Source: an uncultured Gemmatimonadales bacterium
GTDB taxonomy: Bacteria > Gemmatimonadota > Gemmatimonadetes > Gemmatimonadales > Gemmatimonadaceae
Length of the DNA stretch: 64,000 bases
Direction: 5' to 3'
Assembly: GCA_963851265.1 (NCBI GenBank)
Contig: CAWKNZ010000002.1
Coordinates: forward strand, 1,472,001-1,536,000
Shown: piece by piece, positions 22,854 through 32,615 of the stretch
How positions within the stretch are numbered: the stretch's first letter is position 1
How the letters are laid out: each line of letters opens with the position of its first letter
Translations under genes and position numbers: made by a program
The notes under the pieces: model-generated
The model's database searches: none
What the model was told of the DNA's origin: nothing
Seen by the model: only the letters and a program-made list of their open reading frames with translations

Positions 22854-23267
22854 TCAGAGCCGGCCGAGCCGGCGCGCGAGCGCGTCGACGACACCGTTCA
22901 CGAAGCGAGCGCTCTGCGCGCTTCCGTAGCGCTCGGCGAGGCGCACCGCCTCCTGGATCACGACCTTCGGCGGCGCATCGTCGAGGCGCAGCTCCGCGGC
23001 GGCGAGGCGCAGCACGCAGCGCTCGATCGTCCCGAGTCGTTCCAGGCGCCAATTGGTCGTCACCGCCGCGAGCTGCGCGTCGACGTCGCCGCGGTCGCGC
23101 ACGATCTCGCCGACGATCCGCGCGGCGAGCTTGCGCTCTTCCGGGCCTACGCCCAGGTCGTCCCACACGTTTTGCGCGACGCGCTCGAGCCCTTCCTCGC
23201 CGCGCACGTCCCACGCGTACAGCGCCTGCAGCGCGCGGGCGCGCGCGCGGCTCTCGACGCGGGCCAT
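22854..23267 (-). CDS. nusB: Transcription antitermination factor NusB
   Basis: RARARALQALY, WRLERL, VVIQEAVRLAERY, FVNGVVD. Confidence 0.94.
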   Translation of the reverse strand: MARVESRARARALQALYAWDVRGEEGLERVAQNVWDDLGVGPEERKLAARIVGEIVRDRGDVDAQLAAVTTNWRLERLGTIERCVLRLAAAELRLDDAPPKVVIQEAVRLAERYGSAQSARFVNGVVDALARRLGRL

Positions 23268-23779
23268 CAGCCGTCCGACGGCGCGCCGTCGAACTCGTCT
23301 TCCGCTTCCGCAGCCGCGTCGAGCATGGCGAACAGGTCGGCCATCTCGAGCGCGGCGAGCGCCGCGTCCCACCCCTTGTTGCCGTGCTCGCCGCCGGCAC
23401 GTGCCTCGGCCTGCGCCATGTTGTCGGTGGTCAGCAGCCCGAGCGCGACCGGCACGTCGGCCTCGGCCGACGCGTCCGCGAGCCCGCGCGCGGCCTCGCC
23501 CGCGACGATGTCGAAGTGCGGCGTGTCGCCGCGGACGACCGCGCCGACGGCAACCACCGCGGCGTAACGGTCGCTCGCAAGTACGCGACGCACCGCCGCC
23601 GGCAGCTCCCACGCGCCTGGGACCCAGACCACGTCGACGTCGTCGAACGCGGTGCCGTGGCGGACGAGCGCGTCGACGGCGCCGTCGGCGAGCGCGCGCG
23701 TGATCGTCTCGTTGAAGCGGCTGGCGACCACCGCGAAGCGGCGGCCGTCTCCGCGCGGCGTGCCGACGAACTCGGGCAT
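23267..23779 (-). CDS. ribH: 6,7-dimethyl-8-ribityllumazine synthase
   Basis: VVASRFN, VPGAWELP, VRGDTPHFD, NKGWDAA. Alternative upstream ATG at 23821. Confidence 0.95.
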   Translation of the reverse strand: MPEFVGTPRGDGRRFAVVASRFNETITRALADGAVDALVRHGTAFDDVDVVWVPGAWELPAAVRRVLASDRYAAVVAVGAVVRGDTPHFDIVAGEAARGLADASAEADVPVALGLLTTDNMAQAEARAGGEHGNKGWDAALAALEMADLFAMLDAAAEAEDEFDGAPSDG

Positions 23780-23844
23780 GGGGGCGGGCGTGGGGTCTAC
23801 GATGGGAAGCTGGCGCGGCATGCTGGCGGCGGGACGGTCCGTGC

Positions 23845-23917
23845 TGTCATGCTGAGCGAAGCGCCGACGCGTAGTGCCTGTCGGCGTCGGCGATCGGTCG
23901 CCGCGCCCGGGATGACA
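23845..23917. repeat. REP-like palindromic intergenic element
   Basis: TGTCAT...ATGACA termini with internal GCCGACGC...GCGTCGGC stem, between ribBA and ribH. Confidence 0.55.
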
Positions 23918-23947
23918 ACGTAGCGTGACCGGTCGGTGTCGCGCCCC

Positions 23948-25162
23948 TCACGACGCCAGCAGGTGCCCGAGCTTGGCCCGTTTGGTGTCGAGGTACGCCG
24001 AGTTCCCCTCCGTCCGCGGCGCGACGATCCGCACGCCCTCCAGCACCGTGAGCCCGTACCCTTCGATCCCGACCAGCTTCCGCGGATTGTTGGTCATGAT
24101 GCGCACCGCCTTCAGCCCGAGATCGAGAAGGATCTGCGACCCGATCCCGTAATTCCGGAGGTCGGGTTGGAACCCGAGACGTTCGTTCGCCTCGACCGTG
24201 TCGGCGCCGCGGTCCTGCAGCTCGTAGGCGCGCAGCTTGTTGAGAAGGCCGATCCCCCGCCCTTCCTGGTCGAGGTAGACGATCACGCCGCAGCCCGCCT
24301 CGACGATCATGTCCATCGCGCGCTCGAGCTGCCACCCGCAGTCGCATCGGTCGGAGTGGAACACGTCGCCCGTGAGGCACTTGGAGTGCATGCGGACGAG
24401 CACCCCGTCGCCGCGCGCGACGGCAGCGTCGATGTCGCCGTGGACGAGCGCGACGTGCTCGCGGTTGTCCACGTCGTTCTTGTAGCCGACGATGCGCCAG
24501 AGCCCGCGCGCGGTGGGCAGTCGCGCGTCGGCCACGCGGTGCACGAGCCGCTCGTGCTTGAGGCGGTGCGCGACGAGTTGCGCGACCGTGATGAACGTGA
24601 TGCCGTGCCGCTCACAGTACGCCTCGAGGTCGGGACGCCTGGCCGTCGAGCCGTCGGAGTTGAGAACCTCACAGATCACGCCCGCCGGCGTGAGGCCGGC
24701 GAGGCGGCAGAGGTCCACCGCCGCCTCGGTGTGACCGACGCGGTGCAGCACCCCGCCCTCGCGCGCACGCAGCGGGTGGATGTGGCCCGGCCGGCGCAGG
24801 TCGCGCGGCGCCGACGTCGGGTCGGCCGCCACGCGGATCGTCGCGGCGCGGTCGGACGCCGAGATCCCCGTCGTCACCCCGAAACGGGGCGCCGCGTCGA
24901 TGCTGACCGTGAACGCCGTCCGCATCGCCTCGGTGTTGTCCTCGGTCATCAGCGGGAGGTCGAGCCGCGCGCAGTGTTCCGGGCTCAGCGCGAGGCAGAT
25001 CATGCCCTTCGCGTCGAGCATCTGGTTCACCATCGCGGGCGTGACGAGCTCCGCGGCGCAGATGAGGTCGCCCTCGTTCTCCCGATCCTCGTCGTCCGCG
25101 ACGACGATGAACTTGCCGGCGCGCAGGTCGGCGGTCGCCTGCTCGATGGTCCCGAAGGGCAT
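23948..25162 (-). CDS. ribBA: Bifunctional DHBP synthase / GTP cyclohydrolase II
   Basis: DDEDRENEGD, RPGHIHPL, GHTEAAVDL, RMHSKCLTGD...RCDCG, QEGRGIGL. Confidence 0.96.
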   Translation of the reverse strand: MPFGTIEQATADLRAGKFIVVADDEDRENEGDLICAAELVTPAMVNQMLDAKGMICLALSPEHCARLDLPLMTEDNTEAMRTAFTVSIDAAPRFGVTTGISASDRAATIRVAADPTSAPRDLRRPGHIHPLRAREGGVLHRVGHTEAAVDLCRLAGLTPAGVICEVLNSDGSTARRPDLEAYCERHGITFITVAQLVAHRLKHERLVHRVADARLPTARGLWRIVGYKNDVDNREHVALVHGDIDAAVARGDGVLVRMHSKCLTGDVFHSDRCDCGWQLERAMDMIVEAGCGVIVYLDQEGRGIGLLNKLRAYELQDRGADTVEANERLGFQPDLRNYGIGSQILLDLGLKAVRIMTNNPRKLVGIEGYGLTVLEGVRIVAPRTEGNSAYLDTKRAKLGHLLAS

Positions 25163-25186
25163 GCTCGAACTCCTGTAGCGGGTGCG

Positions 25187-25822
25187 TTAGGCCGCGCGGG
25201 CCGCGAGGTACGGCGCCACGAGGCGCTGCACGTACTTCCCGACGACGTCGCCCTCGACGTGCACGGGGTCACCCGGCGCGCGGAGCCCGAGCGTGGTGTG
25301 GCGGTGCGTGTACTCGATGATCGATAGCTGCAACACGCCGGGCGCGGGCAGCGCGTTGACCGTGAGACTCACGCCGTCGACCGTCACGGAGCCGTGCGGG
25401 ACCATGAGCGCGTCGAGCCCCGCGGGGAGCGCGACGTCGATGAGCCACGCGTCGCCGCGTCGCACGACGCGTTCGACGGTGCCGACGCCGTCCACGTGCC
25501 CCTGCACGAGGTGGCCGCCGAGTCGGTCGCCCGCGCGCAGCGCGCGCTCGAGATTGACCCGGCGCCCCTCGCGCCACGCGCCGAGCGCGGTGCGGTCGAG
25601 CGTCGTCACGACCGCGGCCACGGTGAACCAGCTGCGCGCGCCGTCTCCGTCGGCGCCGGCGATCGGCCCCGAACTCCTCACGGTGAGACACACGCCGTCG
25701 CACGCGACGCTCTCGCCGTCGGCGAGGGCCTCGTACGCGGTGTGGATGCGGAACTCGCGCCCCGCCTCCGTATCGTCTACGGAGGCGATGGTGCCGACGT
25801 CGTCGACGAGACCGGTGAACAT
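25187..25822 (-). CDS. ribE: Riboflavin synthase (alpha chain)
   Basis: MFTGL start, GVCLTV, VNLERAL, GGHLVQGHVD. Confidence 0.95.
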   Translation of the reverse strand: MFTGLVDDVGTIASVDDTEAGREFRIHTAYEALADGESVACDGVCLTVRSSGPIAGADGDGARSWFTVAAVVTTLDRTALGAWREGRRVNLERALRAGDRLGGHLVQGHVDGVGTVERVVRRGDAWLIDVALPAGLDALMVPHGSVTVDGVSLTVNALPAPGVLQLSIIEYTHRHTTLGLRAPGDPVHVEGDVVGKYVQRLVAPYLAARAA

Positions 25823-25852
25823 GGTTCGGTTCGGGCCCGTCGCGCGGGCGTG

Positions 25853-26995
25853 TTAGGGACTGGGTGCGAGCGGGTCGGAACCGTCGGCCATGCGAGTGGG
25901 GACGGCGTGCACGGCATACGCGGTCATGACATCGTCGCCGAGCACGCGCCGGCGGACCACCGTCAGCCGGTGCGCGCCGCGCGCCGCGCGCGGCGGCGCA
26001 CTCGCGAACGCGCCGAGCGCGCCGGCCCCGAGTACGACCGGCGCCTGAAAGGTAACCAGGCGGTCCACGAGATCCGCGCCCCAGAGCGCGCCGGCGATCC
26101 CGGCTCCCCCTTCCACCAGGAGCGCGCGTACCCCGCCGGCACGCAGTGCCGCGCACGCGTCCGCGAGCGTGCCGGCGACGATCACGCTGACGCCCTCGCG
26201 TTCGAGGGCGACGCGGCGTTCGAGCGGCGCGTCGGCCGAACACACGATCGCGGTGCGCACCTCGCGCGCGCTCCGCACGAGTGCGGCGGCGAGGGGAAGA
26301 CGCGCGGCGCGGTCGAAGACCACGCGCATTGGTGCCACGCGCGGCGCGGGCACGTCGCGCACCGTGAGCGCCGGGTCGTCGGCGAGCGCGGTTCCGACGC
26401 CGACCGCGATGGCGTCGCTCCCCGCACGCATCCGGTGCACGGCGCGACGCGACTCCGCCCCGGTGAGCCACGCCGGCGTGTGCGTGTGGTCCGCGATCGC
26501 GCCGTCGATCGAGGTTGCGAGCTTGAGCGTGATCCAGGGCCGCCCGCCGCCGGTGACGTCGTGAAAGAACGCGGCGTTGAGCTCGACCGCCGCGTGGGCG
26601 AGGACGCCGACGTCGACCGCCACGCCCGCCGCGCGCAGCCGGTCGGCGCCCCCGGAGGCAATCGCGTGCGGGTCGGCCGCCGCCACCACCACGCGCCCGA
26701 CGCCCGCCGCGAGCAGCGCATCCACACACGGCGGCGTGCGTCCCCAGTGGTTGCACGGTTCGAGCGTCACGTAGGCGGTCGCGCCACGCGCCGCGGAGCC
26801 AGCCGCGCGCAGCGCGGCAACCTCGGCGTGCGGACCGCCGTACTCCGCGTGCCACCCCTCGCCGACGACCAGACCGTCGCGCACGATCAGCGCGCCGACC
26901 AGCGGGTTGGGCGCGACGCGGCCCCACCCGCGCCGCGCGAGCTGCAGCGCGCGGCGCATGTGGCGCTCGTCCTCCGGGGCGCGCAGGTCGGTCAC
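25853..26995 (-). CDS. ribD: Bifunctional riboflavin deaminase/reductase
   Basis: PNPLVGA, HAE, TLEPCNHWGRTPPC, KLATSIDG, LVEGG. Confidence 0.95.
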   Translation of the reverse strand: MTDLRAPEDERHMRRALQLARRGWGRVAPNPLVGALIVRDGLVVGEGWHAEYGGPHAEVAALRAAGSAARGATAYVTLEPCNHWGRTPPCVDALLAAGVGRVVVAAADPHAIASGGADRLRAAGVAVDVGVLAHAAVELNAAFFHDVTGGGRPWITLKLATSIDGAIADHTHTPAWLTGAESRRAVHRMRAGSDAIAVGVGTALADDPALTVRDVPAPRVAPMRVVFDRAARLPLAAALVRSAREVRTAIVCSADAPLERRVALEREGVSVIVAGTLADACAALRAGGVRALLVEGGAGIAGALWGADLVDRLVTFQAPVVLGAGALGAFASAPPRAARGAHRLTVVRRRVLGDDVMTAYAVHAVPTRMADGSDPLAPSP

Positions 26996-27008
26996 GATCC
27001 CGCGCGCG

Positions 27009-28070
27009 TCACCGGCCCACGCGCACCCCGACCGAGACGTAGGTGTACGCGTCGGTCGGCGTACGGCCCGAGAACCCGTTGTAGGTCGGGACGTCGCCTC
27101 CCCCGGAGACCCGCCCGACCTCCGCGACGAGCTGCGCGATCCCGCCCGCGGGGAGGCTGGCCGCCCCGTAGACGTTCGTGCGGGTCACGCGTTGCGCGTA
27201 CGCCTGCGAGAAGCTGGACACGCCGGTGCCGTACCCCGGGACGTTCACGGCGACGCTCCCGGCGATCGTCGCGCGCGCGTCGTACCGGTCCTGCCCCACG
27301 CCCGCGCTGAGTCCGAGCAGCGAAACGCGCTGGTTGGCGGCGAGCCGCCACGAGTCGGTCGACACGCGCGCCCCCGACACGCCGATCGTACCGCCGTCGG
27401 TCGTCGACGCGAGAATCGACGTTTGCGGCAGCTCGCGGCGCAGGTACGTCACGCCGATTCCGGGCACGAATCGCGACCGCTCGAGCAGCCCGAGTCGAGC
27501 GCCGTAGCCGATCTGCAGCGCGCTCCCGGTCCGCGTCACGCGCACCTGCCCCGAGGAGAACGACGGGACGTAGGCGCCGCTGAGCAGCAGGTCGAGTCCG
27601 CCAACCCGCGTGAGGCCGACCGGGACGCCCCCGAACAGCCCGATTCCTGCGTCGGCGGTCGGCAGTGCGAGGGTTTGCGAGTTGACCTGGAAGTTGGTGC
27701 GCTGCGCGCCGGTGTAGCTGAGCTGCACGTTTCCGAGGTCCGGAAGTCGGCCGCCGCCGACCACGTTGGCGCGGACACCGACGCCGAAGTGCCCGAGTCC
27801 GCCTAACGTTCCGCCGCGTCCGAGCTCCGCACTCCCCCCGCCGAGGAGCGCGCCGAGCTGCGGGGCGAGGTAGTTGAAGACGTCGATCGACTTCTGACAG
27901 GCGTCCTGCTGCACCAGCGCCGCGGCGCCGGCGGTGGTCGTCGGGAGGGTCGCGCCGCAGCGCGGGTCGACTCCGCCTGTCTGCGCGGCGGCGCGGTGTG
28001 GGACGGCGAACGCGGCGGCCAGCGCGGTTGCCCATGCGGTGGGCGGAACGGCGAACGAGTAGCGATGCAT
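27009..28070 (-). CDS. Hypothetical exported protein, probable outer-membrane beta-barrel
   Basis: Signal peptide (..HRAAA-Q), alternating beta-strand patterns, C-terminal YTYVSVGVRVGR. Confidence 0.65.
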   Translation of the reverse strand: MHRYSFAVPPTAWATALAAAFAVPHRAAAQTGGVDPRCGATLPTTTAGAAALVQQDACQKSIDVFNYLAPQLGALLGGGSAELGRGGTLGGLGHFGVGVRANVVGGGRLPDLGNVQLSYTGAQRTNFQVNSQTLALPTADAGIGLFGGVPVGLTRVGGLDLLLSGAYVPSFSSGQVRVTRTGSALQIGYGARLGLLERSRFVPGIGVTYLRRELPQTSILASTTDGGTIGVSGARVSTDSWRLAANQRVSLLGLSAGVGQDRYDARATIAGSVAVNVPGYGTGVSSFSQAYAQRVTRTNVYGAASLPAGGIAQLVAEVGRVSGGGDVPTYNGFSGRTPTDAYTYVSVGVRVGR

Positions 28071-28209
28071 GGAACGTGAACGGGTCGGGTCACGGGTCGG
28101 AGCAATCCGCAGGCCTGGAACCTCGACAGGCGCGGGCGCGATCGAGCCGCGCGGCGCGCGCACTCCACTGCATGACACGCCGCGGGTCAGGAGGCCCTCA
28201 CCGGGCCCC

Positions 28210-29241
28210 TCAGCGCAGGACGACGCGCCCCCGGCCGGCGGTCACGTGTCCGATCGGTCGGGCCGCGACCCCGGCCCGGGCCGCCGCGTCGACGACGGCG
28301 TCGACGTCGGCCGGCGCGACCAGCGCGCACAGGCCGATCCCCATGTTGAACGTTCGGAACTGCTCGTCCCGCGCGATCTCCCCCGCTTCGGCGAGGACGC
28401 GGAACAGGTGCGGGATCTCCCACGCGCCGGTATCGATCACCGCGTCGCACTCCGCGGGGAGCGACCGGTCGAGGTTGCCGGGGAGTCCGCCGCCGGTGAT
28501 GTGCGCCATCGCGTGCACGCGACCGAGCACGGGGCGTACGGCCGCGAGGTACGAGCGGTGCACGGCGAGCAGCACGTCGCCCACCGACGCGTCCGTGCCC
28601 GGGAACACGTCGCCGACGCCGAGACGCAGCCGGTCACTCACGACGCGGCGCGCGAGCGAATAGCCGTTCGTGTGCAGGCCGCTGCTCTCCAGTCCGACCA
28701 CGACGTCACCTACCCGGACGCGGTCCGCGCCAAGCACGGCGTCCTCCTCGACCGCGCCGACGATGAACCCTGCGAGGTCGAAGTCCGGCGGCGTGTACAC
28801 GCCCGGCATTTCCGCGGTCTCGCCGCCGATGAGCGCGCAGCCGTTCTCGCGGCATCCGGCGGCGACGCCGGCGACCACCGCCTCGACGGCCGCCGGTTCC
28901 AACTTCCCGAACGCCACGTAATCGAGGAAGAACAGCGGCAGCGCACCCTGCACGAGGATGTCGTTGACACAGTGGTTCACGAGGTCGTGGCCCACGGTGT
29001 CGAGGCGGCCCGCGTCGACCGCGACCTTCACCTTCGTGCCCACGCCGTCCGCGCTCGCGACGAGCAGCGGCGCGCGCACGCCCGCCGGCATGCGAAACAT
29101 TCCGCCGAAGCCACCGAACGCGCCGCGGGTCCCGGCCGTACGCGTCGAATCGACGAGCGCCTTGAGGCGGTGCTTCGCGTCGTCCGCCGCGTGCAGGTCG
29201 ACGCCGGCCGTGCGGTAATCGAGCGGAACGTCGCCCGACAT
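28210..29241 (-). CDS. purM: Phosphoribosylformylglycinamidine cyclo-ligase
   Basis: YRTAGVD, DGVGTK, HCVNDILVQGA, GGETAEMPG, SSGLHTNGYSL, HITGGG. Confidence 0.96.
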   Translation of the reverse strand: MSGDVPLDYRTAGVDLHAADDAKHRLKALVDSTRTAGTRGAFGGFGGMFRMPAGVRAPLLVASADGVGTKVKVAVDAGRLDTVGHDLVNHCVNDILVQGALPLFFLDYVAFGKLEPAAVEAVVAGVAAGCRENGCALIGGETAEMPGVYTPPDFDLAGFIVGAVEEDAVLGADRVRVGDVVVGLESSGLHTNGYSLARRVVSDRLRLGVGDVFPGTDASVGDVLLAVHRSYLAAVRPVLGRVHAMAHITGGGLPGNLDRSLPAECDAVIDTGAWEIPHLFRVLAEAGEIARDEQFRTFNMGIGLCALVAPADVDAVVDAAARAGVAARPIGHVTAGRGRVVLR

Positions 29242-29243
29242 CG

Positions 29244-30188
29244 TCACGCGGTCGCGTCCGCCGGAAGCGCGGACACCGGCATCTCCGTGTCGAACGTGAC
29301 CAACCGGCGGAAGGCGGCGACGCGCTCGTCGATCTCCGCCCGCGTGAGGGCGATCGTGCGCTCGTTCGAGAACCGCTCGACCGCGAAGGAGCCCATCGCG
29401 GAGCCGTAGACGACGGCGCGGCGCAGGTTGGCGTCGCTGAGGTCGTCGGTCGCGGCGAGCCATCCGATGAACCCGCCCGCGAACGAATCGCCCGCGCCGG
29501 TCGGGTCGAAGATGCTCTCGAGCGGGTAGGCCGGCGCGAAGAACACGGACTCGCCCGAAAAGAGAAACGCGCCGTGCTCGCCCTTCTTGATGACGACGTG
29601 CTTCGGGCCCCGCGCCATGATCCAGCGCGCCGCGCGCACGACGTTCGACTCCTCGGTCAGCTGTCGCGCTTCGGCGTCGTTGAGCGTGATGAGGTCGACG
29701 TGGCCGAGGAGCGCCACGAGGTCGGTGCGGCGGCTCTCGATCCAGAAGTTCATCGTGTCGCACGCGACGAGCTTGGGGCGTGCGACCTGGCGGAGCACGT
29801 CGAGCTGCAGCCGCGGATCGATGTTGCCGAGGAAGACGTACGGCGCGTTGCGGAACGCGTCGGGGATGCGCGGCCTGAAGTGCGAGAACACGCCAAGGCG
29901 CGTCTCGAGCGTCTCGGCCGAGTTGAGGTCGTGGCGGTAGCGCGCGCGCCAGCGAAAGCTCTCGCCATCGGCCTGCTCGAGACCGGAGAGGTCGACGCCG
30001 CGGGCGCGGAGCGGCTCGAGCTTCTGCATCGGGTAGTCGCTGCCGACGACGCCGACCAACTGCACCGGGCCGAAGTGGCACGCCGACGACGCGAACATCG
30101 TGGCGGAGCCGCCGAGCACTTCGTCGGCCTTGCCGAACGGGGTCTCGACCGAATCGAGCGCGACGGAGCCTACGACGAGTACGGGCAT
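29244..30188 (-). CDS. PfkB/ribokinase-family kinase
   Basis: VVGSVALD, GGSA, DPTGAGDSFAGG anion-hole motif. Confidence 0.9.
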   Translation of the reverse strand: MPVLVVGSVALDSVETPFGKADEVLGGSATMFASSACHFGPVQLVGVVGSDYPMQKLEPLRARGVDLSGLEQADGESFRWRARYRHDLNSAETLETRLGVFSHFRPRIPDAFRNAPYVFLGNIDPRLQLDVLRQVARPKLVACDTMNFWIESRRTDLVALLGHVDLITLNDAEARQLTEESNVVRAARWIMARGPKHVVIKKGEHGAFLFSGESVFFAPAYPLESIFDPTGAGDSFAGGFIGWLAATDDLSDANLRRAVVYGSAMGSFAVERFSNERTIALTRAEIDERVAAFRRLVTFDTEMPVSALPADATA

Positions 30189-30228
30189 GGCGTTGGAGAG
30201 GGGGTGCCGTGCTGGGGCGACCGACGGA

Positions 30229-31980
30229 TCACATCCGGTCCGGCGCCGAGATGCCGAGCAAGGTGAGCGCGTTGCGCAGCACGACCTGCGTCGCCCGCGC
30301 CAGCGCGAGCCGCGCGGCCGTGAGCGCGGGCTCCTCGCCTAACACGTGGTGCTTGTGGTACCACGCGTGCGCGAGGTTCGCGGTCTCGAGCAGGTACGCG
30401 GCGACCCGGTGCGGCTCGAGCGACTCCGCCGCCTGCCCGATCACGCGCGGGAAGTCGACGAGCTTGGTGATCAACTCCTGCTCCGCGGGCTCAGCGAGCA
30501 GACCGTACTCCACGGGCGTCGCCAGGATGCCGTCCACGTCGAGCCCCTCGAGGCCGGCGTTGCGGAAGATGCCCGACATCCGCGCGTGCGCCATCTGCAC
30601 GCGGTAGACCGGGTTCTCGTCGCTCTCGCTCCGCGCGAGGTCGACGTCGAACACGAGGTGCGAGTCCCCCTTCCGCATGAGGTAGAAGTAGCGCACCGCG
30701 TCGCGCCCGACCCAGTCGATCAGGTCGCGCACCGTGACGTAGCTGCCCGCGCGCTTGGAGATCTTCACCTCCTCCCCGCCGCGCATCACGGTGACCATCT
30801 GGTGCAGCACGTACTCGGGGTAGCCGGGCGGGATCCCGGCGCCTAACGCCTGCAGTCCCGCGCGCACGCGCGCCGTCGTCCCGTGGTGGTCGCTCCCCTG
30901 CACGTTCACCGCGCGCGCGTAGCCGCGCTCCCACTTGGTCACGTGGTACGCGACGTCCGGGACGAAGTACGTGTACTCGCCCCCCTTCCCGGCGCTACGC
31001 CGCATCACCCGGTCCTTGTCGTCGCCGAACGCCGTGGTCCGCAGGAACAGCGCGCCGTCCTGCTCGTACGTCGCCCCCGCCTCGACGAGCGCGTGCACCG
31101 TGCGGTCCACGCGCCCGTCGGCGTAGAGCGAACTCTCGAGGTAGTAGGTGTCGAACGCGACGCCGAACGCGCGCAGGTCGAGGTCCTGCTCGGCGCGGAG
31201 CGCGGCCACCGCGAACCGGCGCATCTGCTCGAACACGTGCCCCTGCTCGGGCCTCCGCCCCTCCGCGATCCGAATCGCGCCCTCGTACAGCACCTCGCGG
31301 TCCGGCATCCCGTGCTCGGCGACGAACGCGTCCGCGATCTCGGCGACGTACTCCCCGTGGTAGCCGCCTTCCGGCACCTCGGCGGTCGCGCCCGCGCGTT
31401 GCGCGACGCGCGCCCACACGGTCTTGGCCAGGTTCTCGATCTGCGCGCCGGCGTCGTTGTAGTAGAACTCACGGCTGACGTCCCACCCCGACCACGCGAG
31501 CAGCGCGCTGACCGCGTCGCCGAGCGCGGCCTGGCGCCCGTGCCCGACGTGCAGTGGCCCGGTCGGGTTCGCGGACACGAACTCCACGACGACCCGCTCG
31601 CCGGCCCACGCGGCGTCTCGGCCGTAGTTCGCGCCTTGCGCGAGGATGGGCGCGATGCCGCGCGCGACCAGCGCCGGGTCGAGGCGAAAGTTGAGGAACC
31701 CGGCGCCCGCAATCTCGACCGCGCGTACGCCGGCCGCCGCGAGGTCGAGCTGCCCGACGATCGCGTCGGCGATCTCGCGTGGCTTCCGACGCAGCGAGCG
31801 CGCGAGCGTCATCGCGAGATTCGTCGTCCAGTCACCGAACGCGGGATCACGCGGGCGTTCGAGGACGACGTCGACCGAGTCGTCCGCGCCGATCGCGCGC
31901 GCGGCGGCGACGAGCGCCGACCGGATCGCGTCGGGGCCGGCGAGCGGCGAGGCCGCGCCGTCGGCGTCGCGCACGGTCAC
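30229..31980 (-). CDS. argS: Arginine--tRNA ligase
   Basis: VEFVSANPTGPLHVGHGR (HIGH), KISKRAG, NPVYRVQMAHAR. Confidence 0.96.
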   Translation of the reverse strand: MTVRDADGAASPLAGPDAIRSALVAAARAIGADDSVDVVLERPRDPAFGDWTTNLAMTLARSLRRKPREIADAIVGQLDLAAAGVRAVEIAGAGFLNFRLDPALVARGIAPILAQGANYGRDAAWAGERVVVEFVSANPTGPLHVGHGRQAALGDAVSALLAWSGWDVSREFYYNDAGAQIENLAKTVWARVAQRAGATAEVPEGGYHGEYVAEIADAFVAEHGMPDREVLYEGAIRIAEGRRPEQGHVFEQMRRFAVAALRAEQDLDLRAFGVAFDTYYLESSLYADGRVDRTVHALVEAGATYEQDGALFLRTTAFGDDKDRVMRRSAGKGGEYTYFVPDVAYHVTKWERGYARAVNVQGSDHHGTTARVRAGLQALGAGIPPGYPEYVLHQMVTVMRGGEEVKISKRAGSYVTVRDLIDWVGRDAVRYFYLMRKGDSHLVFDVDLARSESDENPVYRVQMAHARMSGIFRNAGLEGLDVDGILATPVEYGLLAEPAEQELITKLVDFPRVIGQAAESLEPHRVAAYLLETANLAHAWYHKHHVLGEEPALTAARLALARATQVVLRNALTLLGISAPDRM

Positions 31981-32453
31981 GACGCGCTGCCCGTACCGCC
32001 TGAGGTCGTCGACGAGCCGCCCGAGGACGAAGAGCCGCTCGAGGAACCGCCGCCGGATGAGGTGCCCCCCGACGTGTTCGCCCCCGTGCTGCTCGACGAT
32101 CCTCCGCCGCTGGTCGCCCCCCCGGTTGACGCGCCGCCCGTCGACCCGCCGCCCGTCGACCCGCTGCCGGTCGACCCGCTGCCGTCCTTCGTCCCGGAGC
32201 TTTCGCCCTTGCCGCCCGACTCCCCTGCTTCGCCCTTCGTCGACGATGCGCCGCCGCTCGTGCGGTGCGCGTTCTTCCCGTAGTCGGTGAGGTAGAAACC
32301 GCTGCCTTTGAAGACGAGCCCAGCGCCGCCCGAAATCGCGCGTTCCGCGACCGCGCCGCAGATCGGGCAGATCGCCGTGCTCGGCGCGTCGCTGATCTTG
32401 TGCATCTGATCGAACGTGTGACCGTTGCTGCAGCGAAACTCGTAAGTCGGCAT
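31977..32453 (-). CDS. FmdB-family zinc-ribbon protein with long Gly/Ser/Thr tail
   Basis: MPTYEFRC...CPICG...FKGSGFYLTDY followed by low-complexity GGGST-type repeats. Confidence 0.88.
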   Translation of the reverse strand: MPTYEFRCSNGHTFDQMHKISDAPSTAICPICGAVAERAISGGAGLVFKGSGFYLTDYGKNAHRTSGGASSTKGEAGESGGKGESSGTKDGSGSTGSGSTGGGSTGGASTGGATSGGGSSSSTGANTSGGTSSGGGSSSGSSSSGGSSTTSGGTGSAS

Positions 32454-32615
32454 CGATTCGGTACTTATGGCGAGGGCTCGAACGCGCGAAGGATACCGGC
32501 CGAATGCGTTGCCTACAAGCCGGAGACCGCGCTCGACGCGGCACGCGTCTTCCCATCGGGCGCGACACGTGACGGCGTTCCGCGGTCGCGCCCACGCCAT
32601 CTGCCGACTCTCGTC

